From: Nitrososphaerota archaeon
GTDB taxonomy: Archaea > Thermoproteota > Nitrososphaeria > Nitrososphaerales > UBA57
NCBI GenBank assembly: GCA_027295865.1
Contig: JAPUKB010000099.1
Coordinates: 1-24,000 of the forward strand
Direction: 5' to 3'
Length of the DNA stretch: 24,000 bases
Part shown: positions 22,677 to 24,000 of the stretch, piece by piece
Layout of the letters: the number at the start of each line of letters is the position of its first letter
How positions within the stretch are numbered: the stretch's first letter is position 1
Notes under the pieces: model-generated
Told to the model about the DNA's origin: nothing
The model's database searches: none
What the model saw: only the letters and a program-made list of their open reading frames with translations
Program-made: the position numbers and the translations under genes

Positions 22677-24000
22677 TTAGAGTCCACCCCCGGCTTTTAC
22701 GTCTAGCCTTCTCCTCACGATAGGATCCAGATCTATGGAACGAATTAATTCTCTATTCCCAGTTAGTGACTTGTGCACTGAGCTGACTCCAGCTGCTCCG
22801 GCGAGAAGCTTCACTTCTTTCTGAAGTCCAAGGACAAGATTCTCCAGCCTTTCAAGACCCACATCAAAGTCGAATCTGTCCATCTTTTCAGCTGTATAGC
22901 CAATGCTTATCAGCGCAGATTCGCTAATTCCTACTGCATCTGCCCCCAATGCTATGAGTTTGAAGATGTCTCCAGCACCCCTGATTCTGCTTCCTGAAGC
23001 TAGAAGGTCTAACTGGCTCCTTTGTGGCTCGCCATCCCACATTCGGTGCCGGAGAATCTTATCGATCTCGGCGATAGAGATCCCAATATCGATTCTTGAT
23101 TCGGATGGGATATCCCAATCCACCAGTATCCCAGAAATCCCTGTTTGAGGGATATTATCCAACCACGATATGGCTTCCTCTGAAGAGGGGACACGCAGAA
23201 ATATCGGCAGATGGATCTCGCGAAAGCGTCTGAGATCTTGTGCAAAATCCAATCCCTCCTGAAGCCTAACGGTCACGGCACAGGGGAGAGATTTAGATTC
23301 GGATGATAGTTCCGCCCCTTCGAGGATGAGAGCTCGCCCCAAGGCGCTGGGCATCGCATTGTCATCTGTATCGAATATCAGCCCCATTGAGAATGCTACC
23401 CGAGTCAAGATCTCACTAAGTTTCTTCGAGGCGCCAGGTACTCTCCCAAAAAAGAAGGGGGAAGAGAGTCGGATCCTCCCATCGGCTAGATAGCAGGCAG
23501 TCTCTATCTCTTCCCTATAAGGGTCAATGCTGGGTCGAGTGACCTGGGCTCCATCACATATCAACCAGTCCAATATCCCCCGAGGTTTGTCCACAAGTGG
23601 CGGCGCAATGGAACCCATACTCGTAATCATAGCCTCGCCAGGAGATCGCCCTGTGGTCCCTGAAAGTTGCTGCAAATGCTCTTTAGAAGCGTCGTCCCAA
23701 TAATCTCTATCGCCCTCTGCATATTCAATCAGTTCAGGGGACGACCCTATCAGGGGGAAAATGGTATTCTCTGTGTTTATGCCGAGTACTTCGGCAGTCT
23801 CAGGATTGAGGTTAATCCCCTTAATCAAGTCCCTTCTTCCGATCAAATCAACTGCTCTCCTAAGACCTAAAGCTCGAAGGATCCACTTCAACTCTTCTTG
23901 CCACCCCCAGATCAGGTTGGATGTCCATTCCACGGATTTCTCCATCGAGAGGACTTTCGCCGGGTTGGCGATAATCTTGTTTGTCAACACTGCAGGGCAG
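22677..24000 (-). CDS. Glutamate synthase FMN-domain (GltB domain 2-like) protein, C-terminal part; the 5' end lies beyond the window. It carries an additional degenerate barrel-like domain.
   Basis: The frame is open to base 24000 (..CPAVLTNK...), so GTG 23990 in the track is probably internal. The first 56 aa resemble the end of the FMN domain (CP...EELKWILRALGLRRAVDLIGRRDLI). The last part contains LASGSRIRGAGDIFKLIALGADAVGISESALISIGY, which is similar to the canonical GG(L/I)(R/K)TGxD...LGA(D/E)...G block. Confidence 0.78.
   Translation of the reverse strand, partial: CPAVLTNKIIANPAKVLSMEKSVEWTSNLIWGWQEELKWILRALGLRRAVDLIGRRDLIKGINLNPETAEVLGINTENTIFPLIGSSPELIEYAEGDRDYWDDASKEHLQQLSGTTGRSPGEAMITSMGSIAPPLVDKPRGILDWLICDGAQVTRPSIDPYREEIETACYLADGRIRLSSPFFFGRVPGASKKLSEILTRVAFSMGLIFDTDDNAMPSALGRALILEGAELSSESKSLPCAVTVRLQEGLDFAQDLRRFREIHLPIFLRVPSSEEAISWLDNIPQTGISGILVDWDIPSESRIDIGISIAEIDKILRHRMWDGEPQRSQLDLLASGSRIRGAGDIFKLIALGADAVGISESALISIGYTAEKMDRFDFDVGLERLENLVLGLQKEVKLLAGAAGVSSVHKSLTGNRELIRSIDLDPIVRRRLDVKAGGGL

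Noticed and set aside
22289-22723. 144-aa plus-strand ORF spanning the junction of the two glutamate-synthase-like genes
   Set aside because: It is antisense to conserved GATase sequence and to the 3' end of the FMN-domain gene. Its composition looks non-coding.
1-24000. Searched the whole window for CRISPR repeats, transposase, integrase or recombinase genes, restriction-modification, toxin-antitoxin pairs, defence-island-like genes, terminal inverted repeats, and tRNA or rRNA genes.
   Set aside because: No periodic direct repeats, no recognisable mobile or defence protein motifs, and no intergenic region long enough or structured like a tRNA. The gene content is core housekeeping, so I do not claim a novel defence or mobile system.

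Overview
This is a compact archaeal chromosomal segment, about 47% GC and over 90% coding, and it is almost entirely housekeeping. Archaeal hallmarks are a family B DNA polymerase, a ThrRS with the archaeal N-terminal editing domain, deoxyhypusine synthase, Alba, RpoK, ribosomal protein eS26, archaeal-type phosphoglycerate mutase (ApgM) and a DUF171 SPOUT methyltransferase. AT-rich TATA-like boxes sit about 25-32 nt upstream of many start codons, suggesting leaderless mRNAs. eS26 suggests a TACK-type lineage rather than a euryarchaeon, from my recollection of its distribution. I support 26 protein-coding genes. Two of them run off the window edges, and one of those (1..625, minus strand) is missing from the supplied ORF track. 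I found no tRNA, rRNA, CRISPR array, transposase, integrase or recognisable defence, toxin or mobile module, so I do not claim a new system. The points most worth a second look are these. (1) A rearranged glutamate-synthase-like module at 20548..24000: a GATase-GXGXG fusion preceded by an FMN-domain protein that carries what looks like a second, motif-less copy of its own barrel. (2) Two clearly conserved genes have no canonical in-frame start codon where the conserved sequence begins (the CDP-alcohol phosphatidyltransferase at about 8403 and the Cys1 of the amidotransferase at 22647). (3) A 380-aa orphan protein at 9461..10603 heads a likely operon with two sugar nucleotidyltransferases and carries weak NTase-like and Rx5H motifs. 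All functional calls come from motif recognition by eye, with no searches run.
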